A stretch of DNA of 64,000 bases from Felis catus (Eukaryota). The notes below the pieces were generated by a model, which was not told the origin of the DNA, ran no database searches, and worked only from the letters and a program-made list of their open reading frames with translations. The DNA lies in NCBI RefSeq assembly GCF_018350175.1, contig NC_058382.1, positions 59,150,001-59,214,000 of the forward strand, written 5' to 3'. Position 1 is the first letter of the stretch. Each line of letters starts with the position of its first letter. Of the stretch, positions 58,615 to 64,000 are shown piece after piece. A program made the position numbers and the translations under genes.

Positions 58615-59606
58615 CGCTGTTAGGGATTGTCAGCCTTTCAGGCACATCCCGCACCTCCAGTCTCCACCGGCCTGGGTTCTTTGCCCCGTGGCAGAGCCTG
58701 CAGCCCGTCTCCTCCAGCGTGGGGCACTTCCTCCCCTCTGCATCTCTACCGCTTTTCCATCGGGCTTCTGAGAGCGGCAGACGCGCTCTCTCTCTCTCTC
58801 TCTTGCCCTCTCTCTCTCCCTGCATACTGTGCAGTACTCAGACCCGGAGTGCAAAGCCACACTAGCCGCCAGTTTGGAGCACCAGCGCCAGAGAAGCCAG
58901 CTGGTATCACAGGAGTGGAGGCGGGTCCCGGGCCGGGTCACAAGCGGGGGCCCCTGGTCCACGTCCGCCTAAAACCCTCCCGCCTCTGGCAGTCCCTTCT
59001 CCCGAAAGTGAAAATCCCTTTTGTCTGTGGGAAAAACCTCACAAAAAAAGAAAAGCCCAACCGAAAAGCACACTGGTTTCTGTTTATAATTCGAGGGAAG
59101 GAATTTCACACAGATTCCACTCAGATTTGGAAAAAAAAAAAACTAGAACTGATTACTCAGAGGCGGGTGTGTTTCCCATCTCCTATCAGCGTTAATTTTT
59201 TAGGTCAGCACTCAGCCGTGTGGAGGCTGGTCTCACTTTGAAGATGATTTACTGATCAAGGGCAGTGGGAGAATCCCAGCGAGAAAACTGCCCGGACGCT
59301 CTCGGCTCACCCGCGGTCAGTCGTCACCCGCTGTCCCCCTCACCCGGGACGCGCACAGCACCTCTCAGAGAGCACGTAACCCCGGGCCGGGGACCGCGGA
59401 TGAAAGAGGTGCGTATTTTCATTTCTCTGCCACGGACAGCAGGAGAGGGAGAGAACGAAAGAGAAGACAAGGTCCGATTTCAAGAAAGCCAGAGCTGGGG
59501 ACGGAAGGAGCTAGAATCTCCAGCCACGCTTTTCTGCCTCGCCTCCCTGCTGCTGGCAAGTTCTATGGAAAATGAAGATGCTTTTGAATGAATTTCATTC
59601 CGTGGT

Positions 59607-59642
<36 letters not shown>

Positions 59643-59704
59643 GAAAAGAAAAGAAAAGAAAAGAAAAAAAGAAAAGAAAAAGAAAAAAAAGAAAAGAAAA
59701 GAAA
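59607..59704. repeat. A16 followed by (GAAAA)n pure-purine tract
   Basis: Seen directly. Confidence 0.95.
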
Positions 59705-60044
59705 ACCTCGAGGCTGGAGGAATTCGGGGAGATTTGGAACTTCTGACCCCTTGACTGGGTCTGTCTGTCCAGCTAGTGGCCGCGAGGAGTTGGTTCCAGC
59801 TCCCAGGCAGCCAGCTCTGATCACAGCTCTGATCACACTGACAGTCAGCTGAACCCTCAGGACGGAAGTCCTGGAACGGGGCTGGGCACTGCTTTGCTCT
59901 TGTCAGTGTAAGCCTGGTGCAGTTCGTCTCGTGATGCGTCATAAAGGAAGACAGCCCCGCGACAGCAGCGTTAGCGATGCTAATGAGCGTCTGCAGGTGC
60001 TGCGGGAGAGGGCTTTCTCCACACGGATTTTCTCAGTCGGTTCC

Positions 60045-60481
60045 TGCTACGGGCTGAACTGTGTCCCTCGCCCCATCACAGATGCCGGAGTCCTAACGCG
60101 CCGCACCTCTGGATGCGACCTTGGAGACAGGGTCTTTGCAGACGATTGAGCGAGGACGAGGTCATTAGGGTGGGCCCTGATCCAATCTGACCGGTGTCCT
60201 TGTAAAAAGGGGGAATTTGGACCCGGAGACGGTCACACATGGTGGGAAGCCAGGGTAGAGGCAGGCTGGACGCATCTACGAGCGGGGGGACACCAGAAGG
60301 CACCAGAAGCCGGGTGACAGGCACAGAACAGATTCTCCCTCACGATCTGCAAAAGGAGCCAACCCTGCCGACACCCCTACTTCAGACGTGTGGCCCCCAG
60401 GGCTGTCAGGGAATACGGCTCTGTCACGTGGGCCACCCGGTTTGTGGCAATTCGTCATGGCGGCCCTGGAGACCTAACTCA
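60045..60481 (+). mobile_element. MaLR MLT1B/C full-length solo LTR
   Basis: tgctacgggctgaactgtgtccc...ggagacagggtctttgcagac...gggtgggccctgatccaatctgaccggtgtccttgtaaaaagggggaatttggac...ggagccaaccctgccgacacc...ggtttgtggcaattcgtcatggcggccctggagacctaactca. Confidence 0.9.
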
Positions 60482-60499
60482 ACTCCCGCTGTCGCAGGT

Positions 60500-60660
60500 G
60501 GTGCCCCTATCATTCTTACTTTACGGACCAGTTCCAGAGAGACAACTTCACGGCCGCAGAAATGCAAGAAGTTAAGCGACCTTCCTGAGTTCAAGTGAAC
60601 AGTACTGTTGGGATTCGAACCTAACTCCCTCTGACCACAAAGCCCCCGTTCATCACCACA
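60500..60660 (-). mobile_element. MIR fragment
   Basis: aagttaagcgaccttcctgagttcaag...tgggattcgaacctaactccctctgaccacaaagccc. Confidence 0.55.
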
Positions 60661-61080
60661 CCCCTCCGAGGGCCCCGACGAGCTTGCGTCTCAGGCGGGG
60701 CACCCCTGCTTCACCCCCTCGATGCACAAAGGCAGTCAAGGACGCCCAAAGAGGTCCAAGAACGTGTGCAGGGCACTGGGCCCACCAGTAGCCAAGCGCC
60801 CATGAGGACCCAGGTCACTGCCAGGCCTCAGTTCCCTACGACATCAGGCAGTTCTGGGTGGTGACCCAGGATGCTCATCCCATTGAGAGACGGGATGGCA
60901 GAGCAGGGGAGGGGCTGAACGGGGGTGCACGTGCCGTGGAGCCCACCACACCTGGCTTCTCACTGTGGGCCGTGCAGGCCAGGAGGGACATGGTAGGCCA
61001 GGGACAGGGCTCCTGAGAGCATGAAGACACTTATTCCCAGAGCACCTGTTGGCCTCCGGTGAGTTGTTACCAGTATTATT

Positions 61081-61295
61081 ATTTTTTTTAAGTTTATTTA
61101 TTTATTTTGAGAGAGAAAGAGCTTGTGTAAGCAGGGGAGGGGCAGTGAGAGAGAGGGGGAGAGAGAGAATCCTAAGCAGGCTCCACACTGTCAGTGCAGA
61201 GGCCGACGTGGGGCTCGAACTCGTAAACCATGCGATCATGACCTGAGCTGAAACCAAGTCAGACGCTTAACCGACTGAGCCACCCAGGTGCCCCC
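61081..61295 (-). mobile_element. Carnivore SINE (older subtype)
   Basis: gagaatcctaagcaggctccacactgtcagt...cttaaccgactgagccacccaggtgcccc; agtattatt on both flanks. Confidence 0.95.
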
Positions 61296-62076
61296 AAGTA
61301 TTATTTTTATATTAAGGCGATAATCATAACTGATCTTCTCAGTTAGAACTGCACTGAGCCACCGGTAACCGAGGCCTTCCATGAAAGGGGCGTACAGGAA
61401 TCGACGGTCTCCTCTCTCTCCCCGCCTGGGCTGCCGTGACGGCTCCACGGTGTCAGCTCCCAGGTTTCCGAGCAGGATGGAGGAGTTTGAACCCGGGCAC
61501 ACACAGGGGAGCAGGAGTGAAGGACATGCTTGGGGGGCCTGGGGACCCACAGGCAAGAGCGGGGCCGAGGCACGTCCTGCCTGGCTGGAGAGGAGAGTCC
61601 AAAGGCTCACCCGGGACATTAGACCGAAGGGCCGGGATGAGTTTCACCCACTGGCGGTACCTGAGCAGGAAGCGCCCGCCATAGACTGAGGGTCAGGAGA
61701 AAGGAAAACCCGACAGGTGTCCTTCATGTGTCCTCTTTTTTGGTGACGGCGACAGATACGCACGGAGGATGATGATTGCTCGTGCTAACCCTGAGGCACG
61801 TACACCCGACGAAGGGAATTCAGCATCCAGCTGGCCTTATCCCCCGGCAGGCTGACTCCCCAGACTAGCATTTCGGTCACCAACAGAGAGAGAGGCAGGT
61901 CTCCTTTCTGTTTTGGGAGAGAGGCAGGGGAGCGTCTGTGGTGAAGCTGGGGGATGGACGGGAGAGCAAAGGGGACACTGTGAGGCAGATTGCTTTGACC
62001 CGCTTACGCTCCTCACGTTGGCTGATAGGTGTGAGCTAGCACTGGGGTTAACATTTAAAATTTAAAATTTAATTTA

Positions 62077-62295
62077 GGGGCGCTTGGGTGGCTCAGTCGG
62101 TTGAGCGTCCGACTTCAGCTCAGCTCATGATCTCGCGCTTCGTGGGTTCGAGCCCCGCGTCGGGCTCGGTGCCGACAGCTCGGAGCCTGGAGCCTGCTTC
62201 CCATTCTGTGTCTCCCTCTCTCTCCCCTCTCCTGCTAGCGCTCTGTTCTCTCTCTGTCTCAAAAATAAACGTTAAAAAATTTTAAAAATAAAAAT
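62077..62295 (+). mobile_element. Carnivore SINE (SINEC_Fc-type)
   Basis: Canonical head ggggcgcttgggtggctcagtcggttgagcg; sits in a (tttaaaa)-type AT tract present on both sides. Confidence 0.96.
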
Positions 62296-64000
62296 TAGAT
62301 TTAAAATTAAATTTAAAATTAAATTTGAAATTTGCTCTGGTTGCCCAACTTGGCTTCTCTAAATGACTACGTTGCCCACAAGACCGGACCACCAAGGTGG
62401 TGGCTTCATACACAGTATGTCTGGGTCAACATACAGAGTGGGGTCGATGCTCAATTCAGTCAGTGAAACAAGAGCCAAGGGTACTCTGGAAAGTCATCAA
62501 AGTCGCCCTCAAAAGATAGGACCGGGGTGCTCGGAAAACTCGAAAATCTAAGAAGTCACTTCTTGTGTTTGTCTATGAATTTTGGCTGTGGCCCTTTCCC
62601 TGGGGCTGGTCTGGTTAAAACAGGGGGAAAGGAATTCGAAACATGACTTCTTTTCAAACACGTGTAATCGGATTCCGGTCCCAGAAACGCGCGTGTGCGT
62701 GTGCACTACGATGCCGCTGGACAGCAGGGCTGACGGACCGGAGGGAATCCCCGCCCCCCCTCCCCCCCATTTACACCAGCCCTCCCTGCCCCCATCCCTC
62801 CCCCGCCCCCCATCTAATGGACACGCTCTGGCCATTCATCTTTCCAAAGTGGGAACATCAGTGCGGGAAGAGGAGGAAGAATCAACAAACAGGCAGCCTC
62901 AGAGCAGGCCACTTGGAGAGCGCTGGAAACCCACCAGGCAGGACCACTGCTCAGTGGCAGGGGCGTGGTCCTGGCCGCTGGGGTGTGGATGCAAACCTCA
63001 CAAACGGCTCTTTGTCGCCCTGCCGGGGAGCTGGGGCGTCCCGTGAGCTGCAACACACACACACACCCACTGGATTAAGAGCCGTCAGACTGGTTCCCAA
63101 AGCAAACACTGAGTTAATTTTTCCAGCATATTCCTTTCATGTCTGGGCTGCTTCAGGCTTCGCTGGGTCACTGGGCTCTTTGTTGCTGGCTTTGCCGTAG
63201 CCCCCCGTCCCCCTCCGCCTCTCACTGGCTCCTGGAGTCCTCTCCCCTCGACACCCGGGCCCTGATACACTGTTCCGTTTCACGGGAGGGGTGAGAAGAG
63301 CCCCCAAAGAGACCGGCCTTTGAAATCTGGGAGCCTGTGCCCACGAGCTCCCTGGGATCCCATTTCTCTGGGCCCCTGGCACGTGCTGGCCCGTGAGAGT
63401 CGGGTCTTCATTTCAGGACACTCCCGGCACCTGCCTTGCGCTTCTGGCTCCCATGCCTCCCCTAATGGGGACTGTCTGATCAGCCACCCCACCCCCCAAA
63501 CCCTCTGGAAGCATGGCAGGGGCTGCCCACGGCCCTCAGATCACGGCCACGGTCCTCCACGAGGCTTACGGGCCCTGCCACTCTTCCCGGATACTCTGAA
63601 CAAACTGCAGGTCCCCGAGTGTCCCCTTTCTTCCTGCCACAACACAAGAGGAAACCCAGTTGCCATCTGTGTAAGTTAGAGTCCAAACGGGAGAGTTGAA
63701 AACGCACTGAATATTGAAAACAGACGAATTAATGCAGGGCACTGGCTGCCCAAGTGACGGGACAGGACGCCAGCCAGAGGACAGCGAGGCGGCCCGCAGA
63801 TGAACGCACAGCCCAGAACCCCGCCCTGGCCTCGGGGGTCCAAGGCTCCGCTCGGCCACTGCCCCTTCTCAAGCCAGGCCCCCAAGGACCCCCACACCCA
63901 AGATGTCCCGAGTTCCTCCTTTCGAGTCTGACTTTGCCCACCCCACCGGCCGGCGCCTCCCTCTGCGACAGGGTGTCCGGGGAGGGGGGGTCGGGGGGGA

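Noticed and set aside
59812..59835. 12-bp tandem duplication cagctctgatca (similar ones at about 17150, 22821 and 44681)
   Set aside because: Ordinary slippage micro-duplications with no further structure
5479..62285. Recurrent ORFs with AQSV(K/E)RPTSAQV...SSPASGSVLTA motifs suggesting a gene family
   Set aside because: All map to Can-SINE bodies
1..64000. Novel prokaryotic-type system (defence island, operon, retron, phage)
   Set aside because: Felid SINEs and eutherian repeats throughout, with no gene-dense or foreign-composition segment

Overview
This is mammalian, not prokaryotic, DNA. It is almost certainly from a felid (cat family), because it carries 15 tRNA-derived carnivore SINEs with the feline SINEC_Fc-type body. 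The window is GC- and CpG-rich. I find no protein-coding gene, functional RNA gene or CRISPR array; the ORF track is explained by high GC, simple repeats and SINEs. Recognisable content is transposon fossils (Can-SINEs, MIR, L2, old L1M 3' ends, MaLR/ERVL solo LTRs, hAT and Tigger-type MITEs), long CA/TG low-complexity tracts, a 34/35-bp minisatellite and several microsatellites. Between the repeats are short, repeat-free AT-richer islands dense in homeodomain, PBX/MEIS, TCF, GATA and FOX motifs, as expected for an enhancer-bearing gene desert or large intron. The locus cannot be identified from sequence alone. Repeat family names come from my recollection of consensus sequences and old-repeat boundaries are approximate; both need RepeatMasker/Dfam confirmation. 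I see no convincing new biological system. The best leads are candidate developmental enhancers, an AP-1 site duplicated by a SINE insertion, a possible solo poly(A) insertion, a polarised minisatellite and apparent AT-to-GC drift in old repeats.
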